A stretch of 32,000 bases of DNA from Promethearchaeum syntrophicum. GTDB taxonomy: Archaea > Asgardarchaeota > Lokiarchaeia > Sigyniarchaeales > Promethearchaeaceae. A program made the position numbers and the translations under genes. This document shows, piece by piece, positions 18,258 through 27,820 of the stretch; the first letter of the stretch is position 1; every line of letters starts with the position of its first letter. The stretch is from contig NZ_CP042905.2 in the NCBI RefSeq assembly GCF_008000775.2, positions 1,260,001-1,292,000 on the forward strand, given 5' to 3'. The notes beneath the pieces were generated by a model that ran no database searches, was not told the DNA's origin, and saw only the letters and a list, made by a program, of their open reading frames with translations.

Positions 18258-21134
18258 TTATAGTGTATCTCGAAATATTTTTATAATATTTTTTGTTCTT
18301 ATTTTTCTCATTAACCATTTCATACCAAGAATTAGCGCTATTAAGGAAATTGCATAAATTATTGCAATGATATCCCAAGGAATAGCAATCATTCTTGGAG
18401 TTTGTGTAAAAATAGTAAGGTTACCTGATAATCCCACAGCAGTAACAAAACCGATAAAACCTCCTGAACTTGCAGAAGCCAGCATTAGAATCAAGTTTTC
18501 TAGAATAAACATCTTATCTACTTCATGAGGATGTAGACCTAGTACTCTTATTATTCCAATTTCACGAGATCTCTCTAATATTGATGAATAGGATGAAGAA
18601 ATTAAACCAAATAATGCAATGAAGACAGATCCTATCAAAATTAATAAAAATAAGTATTTAACAGTAAGAAACGCTTTTTCTGCTTCCATAATATCCTCAT
18701 TTGTAACCCTTACCCTAAGGTTATATTCCCCACCGAGTGTATGCTTAATATCTTCACCAACTAACGTGTGATTATAATTTTCACTAACCTTAACAAAAAT
18801 CTGATCAATAAACGCATCTTCATCACCGGGAATGTTCATGCATTTGAGATAATTAACATTTGACATTAGAACTCCTCCATTTGACATTCCGCCTAAACCT
18901 ATTCCTGCTTCTCTAAATCGAAATTTTAGACCGGGCATAGATTTTGCAACACCTACAATGTTCACAATATAAGGTTCTTCTTCTGTTCCTCTTGTAAATG
19001 TTAAACGTGCGGAATCATCCAGATGAATTTTAAGCTCACTCGCTAATGACGCTGAAATTATTATATTTATTTCTAAATTATTGAAAACTTCTTCAAAGGC
19101 ATTATCCTTATTTCCTTCAGATAATTCGATATATTTTGGATCCCAAACAGTATCCTTATAATTTTCATCAACTCCAAATAAGTAAACTCCTGCTGAATTG
19201 TAATTTATATAATCTCCTAATTCTACATTGAACTCTTTCTGTTCTTCTGAATATATATTCTCCAAGTCACTCGTACTCGCTAATAATGTTGAAGTTCGTT
19301 CAATTCCCTCAACTTTTAGTAGTTCTCTTTGTAATTCTGAAGTTGGAGCACTAATATCATAATTTCTAGGTCTTACAACAATATCGGATCCTTCATCATA
19401 TTGAATTAACCCCCCCACTTGTTCGAATTGAATTTCCAACATAGATGAAACATAAATAATAAAAGAAAACGCCAAAACGAACATTACAATTGTTGATAAA
19501 TTTCTTCTTTGATGCCTATATACCGATACTTTGACAATATTCATTAATTTTCGACTAAATGGCTCAAAAACTCTAATTAAAAGTCTAATAAATAACGGCA
19601 TTAATCCAATTGCCATTAAGCTAATTCCTATTAAGAAAAATAACAAAGTTCCGATCAAGATGTTTACTAAAATTGAGAATTCTAAAGAAATTAGTACTTT
19701 TGGAATAATAAAATAAAGAAATCCTCCATTTAGCGCCAAAACAATGCCTAAAAATATCAATTTTACATTGGCAGCACCTTCTTTTTCTAATTTATAAATT
19801 TCCTCAGTGTGCCTATAAGGATTAATCGATTCTACTAAACTGATTCTAGATACTTTTATTGCAGGTAAAATTGAAACTATCATTGAAACTCCAATTCCAA
19901 TAGCATATGAGATTAAAATTGTTGTTGGTTGAATTACAAAAGATATAACTGAAGGAACATTATTTTGTACGAGTTTTATATTAAGAAATGGGACAAGAAA
20001 TTTTGAAGTGAAAATTAAAGAACTAATTATTCCTAAAGTTGTTCCTATTGTACAAATTATTGAAGCTTGAATGAGTATAAGTTGAACATTGTACTTTTTT
20101 CGAGCTCCCAATACTCTATTTATGCCAAATTCCCTTATTTTTTCTTCAACTGAAGTTGAAAGTATCCCATTAATTAAAATTGCTGAAATTAATGTTGAGA
20201 TAAATCCTACCATCATAAAAACAATATTCATTGATAAAGTGAGATATTCTGATATAAAAAGTAAATTAAGTTTAGGATATTTCAGTTCCCATGGATTAAA
20301 TCCCAGTACCTTTAGAATTTTAGCTCCAATATTAACTATGTGATCTTCTGAACCAGTAATGTCTCTAACATCATAAATTTTATCTGAATCTTCAATTAGA
20401 AATATTAATTTATTTGATCTTTCTCCCCAATCTTTAAGAGGGTTTTCTGTATTATCATTACTATTTGCAAGATTTCCCCACCAATCATAATCTATCACAA
20501 TATCTTTTTCTTCTCCTAGAGGAAATTTATATATTTGATCAAATGAACTTGTCACGGTAAATCTTACTGTGTTATTTAGAAACCAGAGCCATAAATCCAA
20601 TTGATCGCCAGGGTTTAATTCATATCTTTGTGCAAATTCAAGAGAAATTAAACAATGGTTTTCAGGTATTCCTTGAGAAACATCAAAATTTTCTTCGAGA
20701 TTCGTAAATTGACCAAAATTTATAGATTCTTCTGCTTTAATATCTAAAACACTTAACTGAAACCATCCAAAATTTTCTTCTGGATTAGAAAGCGAACCTT
20801 GAGTAGCTACCCAAAAACTAGATCTTGGAATATAATGTGCTATTTCTGAGGATACGTTCTCATCGTTTTGTAATGCTTCAATTATTGGTGAATATTTAAA
20901 TTCCATTGAATAATTTTCGGGTTCTCCAATATAATGTCTCGCATTCAATACAATATCTTGATCTCCTGAATCTGCAGTTAAAAAATCAATATAACTGTTT
21001 GAAATCGAATCTGTTAGAAATGAAACTGTTGTAAGAAGGAAAAGTGAGACGAATACGCCTAATATGCCTAAAATATTCCGGGTTTTTTTACGGAAAAGAT
21101 CTTTAAATGCATATCTCCATAGAAATCCATTCAA
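18258..21134 (-). CDS. FtsX/MacB-type ABC transporter permease, 958 aa with two FtsX-like modules
   Basis: VEEKIREFGINRVLGARKK and LERSREIGIIRVLGLHP signatures; many TM segments; shares distinctive stretches with 6307..9303 (YRYRRRNYGNIVMFALTFSFI vs YRHQRRNLSTIVMFVLAFSFI; KKEGSANVKVI vs EKEGAANVKLI). Confidence 0.9.
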   Translation of the reverse strand: MNGFLWRYAFKDLFRKKTRNILGILGVFVSLFLLTTVSFLTDSISNSYIDFLTADSGDQDIVLNARHYIGEPENYSMEFKYSPIIEALQNDENVSSEIAHYIPRSSFWVATQGSLSNPEENFGWFQLSVLDIKAEESINFGQFTNLEENFDVSQGIPENHCLISLEFAQRYELNPGDQLDLWLWFLNNTVRFTVTSSFDQIYKFPLGEEKDIVIDYDWWGNLANSNDNTENPLKDWGERSNKLIFLIEDSDKIYDVRDITGSEDHIVNIGAKILKVLGFNPWELKYPKLNLLFISEYLTLSMNIVFMMVGFISTLISAILINGILSTSVEEKIREFGINRVLGARKKYNVQLILIQASIICTIGTTLGIISSLIFTSKFLVPFLNIKLVQNNVPSVISFVIQPTTILISYAIGIGVSMIVSILPAIKVSRISLVESINPYRHTEEIYKLEKEGAANVKLIFLGIVLALNGGFLYFIIPKVLISLEFSILVNILIGTLLFFLIGISLMAIGLMPLFIRLLIRVFEPFSRKLMNIVKVSVYRHQRRNLSTIVMFVLAFSFIIYVSSMLEIQFEQVGGLIQYDEGSDIVVRPRNYDISAPTSELQRELLKVEGIERTSTLLASTSDLENIYSEEQKEFNVELGDYINYNSAGVYLFGVDENYKDTVWDPKYIELSEGNKDNAFEEVFNNLEINIIISASLASELKIHLDDSARLTFTRGTEEEPYIVNIVGVAKSMPGLKFRFREAGIGLGGMSNGGVLMSNVNYLKCMNIPGDEDAFIDQIFVKVSENYNHTLVGEDIKHTLGGEYNLRVRVTNEDIMEAEKAFLTVKYLFLLILIGSVFIALFGLISSSYSSILERSREIGIIRVLGLHPHEVDKMFILENLILMLASASSGGFIGFVTAVGLSGNLTIFTQTPRMIAIPWDIIAIIYAISLIALILGMKWLMRKIRTKNIIKIFRDTL

Positions 21135-21139
21135 TTCAT

Positions 21140-22168
21140 TTAAGCCTCAAACACATTTTTCGTTTTTTCAAGAATTAATACTCCACTCTTAATTTTACCA
21201 GGAATATCTTCTTTATCTATAAGTTCTGATACAAGATCATCAAAATACATTGGGAGATTGGTTAAAATCTCTTGATCAATGGAATCTTTAATTTTAGATA
21301 TTCGAATTTCGAAAATATCTTGGGATTTCTCAGATCTAATGAATTCTAATATTTTTCTTTCACATCTTTCTTTATATTCTGATTGAAGTGATAATCTCGC
21401 CTCTCTCATTTCATCAGTTTCTTTCAAGCCACTTACTTCCAATCCCTTTACAATTTTTCCGTCTCTAATATGTATAATTCTTGTGCAATATTCTGAAACC
21501 GCCGCATCGTGGGTAGCTGAGATAAAAGTTGCGCCTTTCCTATTTAAATCACGTAGTAAATTAAGAATTTCAATACCAGTTTTTGAATCTAAATCTCCAG
21601 TTGGTTCATCAAGTAAAACAATACTAGGATCATTAGCGAAAGCTCGAGCAATTGCCACTCTTTGTTGTTCTCCACCACTTAACTCTGAAGGAGTGTGATG
21701 TGAGCGTTCATCGAGCTTGACCAATTTTAGTAATTCCATAGCTTTTCTTTTTCGAGCGCGTCTGGAAAGAGTTCCTTGAAAATGTAAGGGAATCATAACA
21801 TTTTCTAAAGCAGTTAAAAGTGGAAGAAGATTATAAAATTGAAATACATAACCTATATTATCTCTTCGAAGATCTGCCAATTGATTTTCATCTAAAAGAG
21901 ACATGTCTTTCCCGTCCAAGTAAATCTTGCCTCTGGTGGGATAATCTAAGCCTCCGATCAAGTTTAGCAGAGTAGTTTTACCACAACCGCTGGGACCCAT
22001 CAATCCTAAAAATTCTCCTGGTTTTATTTTGACATCCATGCCACGTAAGGCGGGAACGGCTGTAGTTCCGAGAAGATAAGTTTTATGAACCCCTTCGACT
22101 AGAATTTTGTACTTTGTTTCTATGATACCGATGTTTTGATCAATTTTTTTCGGTCGATGAAGCACCAT
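21140..22168 (-). CDS. ABC transporter ATP-binding protein, LolD/MacB/FtsE type, with ~105-aa C-terminal extension
   Basis: Walker A GPSGCGKTT, signature LSGGEQQRVAIARA, Walker B SIVLLDEPTGDLD, H-loop FISATHD. Confidence 0.95.
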   Translation of the reverse strand: MVLHRPKKIDQNIGIIETKYKILVEGVHKTYLLGTTAVPALRGMDVKIKPGEFLGLMGPSGCGKTTLLNLIGGLDYPTRGKIYLDGKDMSLLDENQLADLRRDNIGYVFQFYNLLPLLTALENVMIPLHFQGTLSRRARKRKAMELLKLVKLDERSHHTPSELSGGEQQRVAIARAFANDPSIVLLDEPTGDLDSKTGIEILNLLRDLNRKGATFISATHDAAVSEYCTRIIHIRDGKIVKGLEVSGLKETDEMREARLSLQSEYKERCERKILEFIRSEKSQDIFEIRISKIKDSIDQEILTNLPMYFDDLVSELIDKEDIPGKIKSGVLILEKTKNVFEA

Positions 22169-22241
22169 GATAAGTCCAATTAAGATTTTTAAAATTATAA
22201 ATTCAATTATTCTAAATAATTAGAAAGAAGAGAATTCAGAG

Positions 22242-22256
22242 TTTTTTTTTATATTG
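22242..22256 (-). promoter_or_regulatory. Candidate TATA box for the ABC/protease operon
   Basis: Minus-strand CAATATAAAAAAAAA about 75-90 nt upstream of the start at 22168, in the 121-bp gap below the GTPase gene. Confidence 0.35.
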
Positions 22257-22289
22257 AATGCTCTTTTTACAATTTTAATTCCTAAATCA

Positions 22290-23759
22290 TTATTCTGTTA
22301 GATATTCAGTTATTTCAGACTCCATTTCCATGAATTTTGAACCATCTTCTGAAATAATTGTTTCTAAAAGTTTAACCTTAAGATTTCTGAATTGTAATTG
22401 CTTTTCTAATTTGAATTTTTTCTCATCTACCTTATTAAGAAAAGCATACATGTTTTTAGCTTTTTCAACATCAAAAATTTTGGCGTTCCCTTTTGTTTCT
22501 TTATATTTAATAATAATTTTTTTCAATATGCCTTCCGCTTCTGGAATCCAATCAATAAATGGAGAAACATTGCCTGTTTTGTGGAAAGCAGGGAGGAAAT
22601 CTTCATATTTGGATAAGAACAGATTAAATAAATTATCAAATTCTTCTTTAAGATCACCTGCATCCATTTTTGGAGATGTAAATAAGGTTAGAGTTAGATT
22701 TCGTTTAGAAATTGAAGAAATTTTTAAATTAGCGCCTTGAACTCGAAAACTAGAAAGATTTTGAACATTTATCTCTTGAGAAAACTTTTGAAGTGCATTT
22801 AAAAACATTCCAATTAGTTCTATATCGAATTGATCATTATCTGCTGCGTTTAATGCTTTATATAATGAATCTGGTTCTGTTTCGATTGAAATAAGTGTTT
22901 TTCCATGCATATCACTAATTATTAACCCATACAGATAACTGGCTATTGAATCTTCATCCGTTATTAAAGCAGTTTGGGTTTTTGAATCAACTTCAAAGGT
23001 TTTTAAGATTTTTTTATAGAAGATTTCTCCTTTTTCTAGTAAATAAACAAGTGTCTCTTCTTCCACTTTTTGTTTGTTTAGTAATTCTGCTTCTGCATAC
23101 GGATTAATTAAAGATTCTAAGGTGGACTTATCAATGTCTAAATGTTTTTCGAGTTTCTTCAAGCTCATTACTTTCTTCTCTAGCAAGAAGTGAAATAGTT
23201 GGGTGTTAAGTTTCACTAAATCAAAATCAATTTTACTTCCCCATTCAAAACCCGATTTTTTAAAGATTTCAATGAAGCATTCGATTGTTGAATGTAAATA
23301 TTCGAGCTTTATGGAAGTATAGAAAATTTCAACATTTTTATCTTTTAAGGCTTTTTTAATTTTTTCAATCTGTTTAGAATCAATAAGATCAATTTTATGT
23401 ATTAAAAAAAAGAGGAGACTTTTGGGGGCTTGTTGTTTTTCAACTTTAAGAGCAAGATCAATTTTGTCTGAAAGTATTTTTGGTGCAAAACGGGCATCTA
23501 AAACATTTAAAATTAAATCACTCTCATTGAAAATATCAACATTTTCTTCAAACCATCGATCATTTTCTTGTCCGGCCAGATCAAACACGCCTATATTATT
23601 TAATAATAGATTATAAGAATAATTTTCTACACCGAAAGTTGCTTCTAAAGGATTTTCTAACAATTTTATCACCGATTCTCCTTCAAAAATCCATTTCCGC
23701 AGAGTTGATTTTCCTACTTCTTGAGGACCCACTAAAACTACTTTTTTTGACAATTTCAT
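22290..23759 (-). CDS. Rag/Gtr (Arf-superfamily) small GTPase with C-terminal winged-helix-like and longin/roadblock-like regions, 489 aa
   Basis: G1 GPQEVGKST, G3 FDLAGQE, G4 HKIDL (Rag-type HKxDL). Middle segment HFLLEKKVMSLKKLEKHLDIDKSTLESLINPYAEAELL looks like a winged helix. IASYLYGLIISDMHGKTLIS...IELIGMFLNALQKFSQEI resembles a longin/roadblock fold. Confidence 0.8.
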   Translation of the reverse strand: MKLSKKVVLVGPQEVGKSTLRKWIFEGESVIKLLENPLEATFGVENYSYNLLLNNIGVFDLAGQENDRWFEENVDIFNESDLILNVLDARFAPKILSDKIDLALKVEKQQAPKSLLFFLIHKIDLIDSKQIEKIKKALKDKNVEIFYTSIKLEYLHSTIECFIEIFKKSGFEWGSKIDFDLVKLNTQLFHFLLEKKVMSLKKLEKHLDIDKSTLESLINPYAEAELLNKQKVEEETLVYLLEKGEIFYKKILKTFEVDSKTQTALITDEDSIASYLYGLIISDMHGKTLISIETEPDSLYKALNAADNDQFDIELIGMFLNALQKFSQEINVQNLSSFRVQGANLKISSISKRNLTLTLFTSPKMDAGDLKEEFDNLFNLFLSKYEDFLPAFHKTGNVSPFIDWIPEAEGILKKIIIKYKETKGNAKIFDVEKAKNMYAFLNKVDEKKFKLEKQLQFRNLKVKLLETIISEDGSKFMEMESEITEYLTE

Positions 23760-24102
23760 TTCCCTTAAAAAACTGATAATTTAGATAAAGAATTTCGAAC
23801 GAAAAAGAGTTTCTAAATTGGTGTAAGAAGTTTTTGATTAAGGTTTAAAATTATTACGATAGAAAAATAGTTAATCTCCTCTTATATGGTGTTAACAGAA
23901 TTGAAAAATTGAAATTATCCCTTATATAATTCACCTTCTCAATAGATTATTAATTATTCTCGCAAATTTTGGGTTTTTTAAGTTTGTAAAATCAGAAAAT
24001 ATTAAATTTAAAATCTGGGTATTAAAATCCCTAAAATTCTTCTTTCATCTTTTAAATCGCTTTAAAAAGAGAATTTATCTATATTGAAATAAAATATGAA
24101 AG

Positions 24103-24630
24103 TTAGTTAATTGATCGATTGGATATCTCATCAAAATTATCAACGTCAAAATTAACTGGTCCGTGAATATCATTTAATAAAGTACCCCAAGCTTTAAGAC
24201 AATGATTTATGTAGGCACCTTCAGATAGTTTTTCGATTATATCTTCTGTTATATCATCAAGTTCAATTTCTAATTTCTTAATACTATCAGGAATGATTAA
24301 AAGTAAAGCATATCTTTTTATGCCTCCACGAGCTAAAGGATCTTTAACTTTTACTTTTTTTATCCTAATTCGATAAGGTATTCTTTCCTCTGACTTTGTT
24401 GAAGCGAATAATGATAAATTATCAGATCTTGATGAAATTGAATCTTGTAGAATATTATATTGGGTAACACGATCAAAGAGATCGAAATTAAAATTGATAG
24501 CTAAAAACATTGGGCCTAACTTAGAGTGATAGTGTGATACGGCTAATCCTATCTCATTTTCTTGAACACTATAACTGGAAGTTCTGATTATCAAATTTAA
24601 CCCTTCTCTTTTTGTCTCGATCTTGAACAA
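24103..24630 (-). CDS. Conserved-looking hypothetical protein, 175 aa, possibly longin/roadblock-like
   Basis: Intact ORF with no competing frame. GLAVSHYHSKLGPMFLAI resembles the first strand-hairpin of archaeal sensor/longin-like domains; weak evidence for the family. Confidence 0.5.
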   Translation of the reverse strand: MFKIETKREGLNLIIRTSSYSVQENEIGLAVSHYHSKLGPMFLAINFNFDLFDRVTQYNILQDSISSRSDNLSLFASTKSEERIPYRIRIKKVKVKDPLARGGIKRYALLLIIPDSIKKLEIELDDITEDIIEKLSEGAYINHCLKAWGTLLNDIHGPVNFDVDNFDEISNRSIN

Positions 24631-24792
24631 TTTTCCTTCAAACTACTGGATGTAAAATATATGTAAATCTAATCTACATACTATACATCAAATCAATATT
24701 ATCTCCATCTGATTTATTTGAATATTGTTGAAAATCTTCTTGTTAAAATTCCAATTTATTTAACTTTTAATTCATGATAAAAAAAGGAAATT

Positions 24793-26169
24793 TTATTCAT
24801 ATTGGGGAATATATTTTTTTTTCATCAACATTTTCGTTTGATCTTGAGATAATTTTATCAAATTTCTTGCAGTTATCTCTGCTTCATCTCGAGTTAAATG
24901 AATACGTGCAATATTTTGTTCAATAGCTTTTTGTCCGACAGCAACGGCTTCACGGATAAATATATCCGTATCTTGCATTGTGGGTACAATATAATCTTCT
25001 GTGATTCCTTTATCATAAGCAAAGGCTGCTAGCTCTTCAGCAGCAGCAATACACATTTCATCAGTTATTGTAGAAGCACGTACATCTAATGTTCCCCTAA
25101 ATATTCCCGGAAAGCCGATGGAATTATTTACTTGGTTTGGAAAATCAGAACGACCTGTTGCTATAACCTTTGCCCCTGCTTCTTTAGCATCCCATGGAAA
25201 TATTTCGGGTACAGGATTAGCACAAACAAATACAATTGAATCATCAGCCATCTTAGAGATCCATTCCTTCTTTATAACACCTGGACCAGGTTTAGAAAGG
25301 GAAATTAACACATCTGCTCCTTTAAGAGCGGTTCCACAATCACCTTGTAATTGTTCGGGATTAGTTTGTTGAACAATTTCATGCTTATAATTTTCTGGTG
25401 AGATTAGATCCTCACGTTCTTTATATAATATTCCTTTCGAGTCAACAAATAAAGATTTTCTGATATCAAATCCAGCAAGACCTAATAATCGCTGTATAGC
25501 AAAATTACTTGATCCAACACCATTAAAAACTATATGGATATCTTGTTTTTTCTTTCCAACAATTTTAATTGCATTTAACATCCCTGCTAGGGTAACACAA
25601 GCAGTTCCTTGTTGGTCATCATGCCAAACAGGAATTTTAACATCTGGGTCTTTTCTCAATGTATCTAATACTTTGAAACATTTTGGTTTTTGAATATCTT
25701 CTAAATTAATTCCTCCAAAAGTTGGTTGAATCCATTTAACTAATTGAATAATTTGCTCAGCATCCATTCCAGGACCGACACACATAGGAAAAGCATCGAC
25801 ACCGCCTAAATATTTAAAAAGTAGCGCTTTTCCTTCCATTACAGGTAATCCTGCTTCAGGACCAATATTCCCTAATCCCAATACGCGGGTTCCATCACTC
25901 ACTACAGCTACATAATTCCACTTACTGGTATGTTCATATACTTTTTGAGGATTTTCTTTAATATCCAGACATGGGGCTGCAACCCCTGGAGAATACCAAA
26001 TTCCAAAATCATTGAAATCTCTGATAGTACACCGCGGTAAAACTTGCACTTTTCCTCTATAGAAAGGATGCATCTTTAAGGAATCTATTGCTGGTTGTTT
26101 GGATCGTTCCATTAATTCCTCTTTTGTAAGTTTAACGTTTTTGTTAAAAAACCTTCGATTATTATTCAA
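24793..26169 (-). CDS. Malic enzyme (malate oxidoreductase, decarboxylating), 458 aa
   Basis: YSPGVAAPC, DGTRVLGLGNIGPEAGLPVMEGKALLFKYLGGVDAFP, PVWHDDQQGTACVTLAG, NGVGSSNFA and FVCANPVPEI are diagnostic of the family. Confidence 0.95.
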   Translation of the reverse strand: MNNNRRFFNKNVKLTKEELMERSKQPAIDSLKMHPFYRGKVQVLPRCTIRDFNDFGIWYSPGVAAPCLDIKENPQKVYEHTSKWNYVAVVSDGTRVLGLGNIGPEAGLPVMEGKALLFKYLGGVDAFPMCVGPGMDAEQIIQLVKWIQPTFGGINLEDIQKPKCFKVLDTLRKDPDVKIPVWHDDQQGTACVTLAGMLNAIKIVGKKKQDIHIVFNGVGSSNFAIQRLLGLAGFDIRKSLFVDSKGILYKEREDLISPENYKHEIVQQTNPEQLQGDCGTALKGADVLISLSKPGPGVIKKEWISKMADDSIVFVCANPVPEIFPWDAKEAGAKVIATGRSDFPNQVNNSIGFPGIFRGTLDVRASTITDEMCIAAAEELAAFAYDKGITEDYIVPTMQDTDIFIREAVAVGQKAIEQNIARIHLTRDEAEITARNLIKLSQDQTKMLMKKKYIPQYE

Positions 26170-26317
26170 CTTAATATCAATTTCACCTTATTCTTTTTGA
26201 AGTTAAGTAACAGATTATTAACAATTTTTTAGAATTCGGTAAAAAAATCATTTTAAGAAAATCAGATAAATTTCGATAGCGATAAAGTATTATTATCTTC
26301 GCGATATGTGATTATAT

Positions 26318-27808
26318 ATGTCCTCCATAAAAGTATATGATGTTGCCATTATTGGATCGGGGTGTGTCGGATCTGCCATTGCACAACGTCTTTCTAAATA
26401 TAATCTAAAAGTAGCACTTATAGATAAAGAAGCGGATGTTTGTATGGGAGCTTCTAAGGCAAATTCGGGCATTATTCATCAAGGTTATTTCACAACCAAA
26501 GGTTCCTTAAAGGAAAAGTTATGTTTACGTGGAAATGAATTATTTGAAGATATATGCCCAAAAATTGGAGTAGGTTTTGAGAGAATTGGAGCAATTTTCT
26601 GTGCAACAAGTAAGATTGAACTTGAGACTTTGCAAAGCGAACTAATAAAAAGTCAAAATCGTGGTGTAGATGTTGAACTGATTACCGATTTAAAATTAAT
26701 TCATGAAATGGAACCTCAATTAAATGAAAATATTATCGCAATTCTACATTTTCCGAGAGCGGGGATTATAATCCCTTTTGAATTAACGATTGCACTCGCA
26801 GAACATGCAGTTATTAATGGAGTTGATTTGTTTTTAGAATATGAAGTAGGGTTCATAAAAAAAAAAAAGCAAAACGAAAATTTTGAAATTCATTCAGCCA
26901 AAGGTAGAAAAATAGAGGCAAAAACAATAATTAATGCAGCTGGTATATATTCTGATAAAATTGCTCGTATGGTTGGTCTTGAAGAATTTATAATCATACC
27001 ACGTAGAGGCGAATATATTCTCTTTGATAAAGATTCCCTTCCCTTAAATAAAATTATTTTTCCAACTCCTACGCCGGCTTCTAAAGGAATCGTGATAAGT
27101 AAAACTTACCATGGCAACTTTTTTATAGGTCCAAATGCGTCTGAAATCGAGAGCAAGGAGGGAATAAACACTACGTCTGTTGGATTAAATGAAATCATAT
27201 CGGGAGCTTTAAAAATTATCAAAAATCTGCCTTTCAGGAAAAATATAACAAATTTTGCAGGTATTCGTGCCTCTACTCTCCAGCATGATTTTATAGTAGA
27301 AGAAAGTAGTATCCCTCATTTTATCAATGTTGCTGGAATCGATTCACCAGGTCTTTCATCATCATTAGCAATTGCGGAATATGTTGAGAATATATTAAAG
27401 AATAAATGCGGATATGAATTTATAAAAAAAGAAAATTATATTGCTACTAGAAAACAACAAACATTACTTTCAGATTTATCCGAATTAGAATTGGCTGAGA
27501 AAATTAAAGAAAATCCACAATGGGGTCAAATTATTTGTAGATGTGAACAAGTTTCTGAAGCAGAAATAGTAGAAGCTTGTCATGGGCCAATTCCAGTGAC
27601 AAACACAGATATGATAAAAAGACGATTAAGACCTGGAATGGGGCGTTGCCAGGGCGGTTTTTGTTTACCTAAAGTTATGAAAATTATTAGTAGAGAAAAA
27701 GATATAATTCTCGAGCGAGTCACTAAAACTGGTGGAAAATCTTTTATTGTATTTAGAAGAACCAAATTACTAAGATCAGAAGTCATAGAAAAAGGAGATA
27801 TACTATAG
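26318..27808 (+). CDS. GlpA-like FAD-dependent dehydrogenase (glycerol-3-phosphate dehydrogenase / 2-hydroxyglutarate oxidase family) with C-terminal BFD-like [2Fe-2S] domain, 496 aa
   Basis: DVAIIGSGCVGSAIAQRLSKYNLKVALIDKEADV; C-terminal ICRCEQVSEAEIVEA...GMGRCQGGFCLPKV (Cys pattern of BFD-like domain in GlpA-type proteins). Confidence 0.85.
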   Translation: MSSIKVYDVAIIGSGCVGSAIAQRLSKYNLKVALIDKEADVCMGASKANSGIIHQGYFTTKGSLKEKLCLRGNELFEDICPKIGVGFERIGAIFCATSKIELETLQSELIKSQNRGVDVELITDLKLIHEMEPQLNENIIAILHFPRAGIIIPFELTIALAEHAVINGVDLFLEYEVGFIKKKKQNENFEIHSAKGRKIEAKTIINAAGIYSDKIARMVGLEEFIIIPRRGEYILFDKDSLPLNKIIFPTPTPASKGIVISKTYHGNFFIGPNASEIESKEGINTTSVGLNEIISGALKIIKNLPFRKNITNFAGIRASTLQHDFIVEESSIPHFINVAGIDSPGLSSSLAIAEYVENILKNKCGYEFIKKENYIATRKQQTLLSDLSELELAEKIKENPQWGQIICRCEQVSEAEIVEACHGPIPVTNTDMIKRRLRPGMGRCQGGFCLPKVMKIISREKDIILERVTKTGGKSFIVFRRTKLLRSEVIEKGDIL

Positions 27809-27820
27809 GGGGAAAAACGA

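Noticed and set aside
9300-22168. Lantibiotic/bacteriocin-type system (ABC exporter plus subtilisin leader peptidase)
   Set aside because: No small precursor peptide, modification enzyme or exporter with fused ATPase/TM domain is visible. The permeases are FtsX/MacB type and the subtilase is far larger than leader peptidases.
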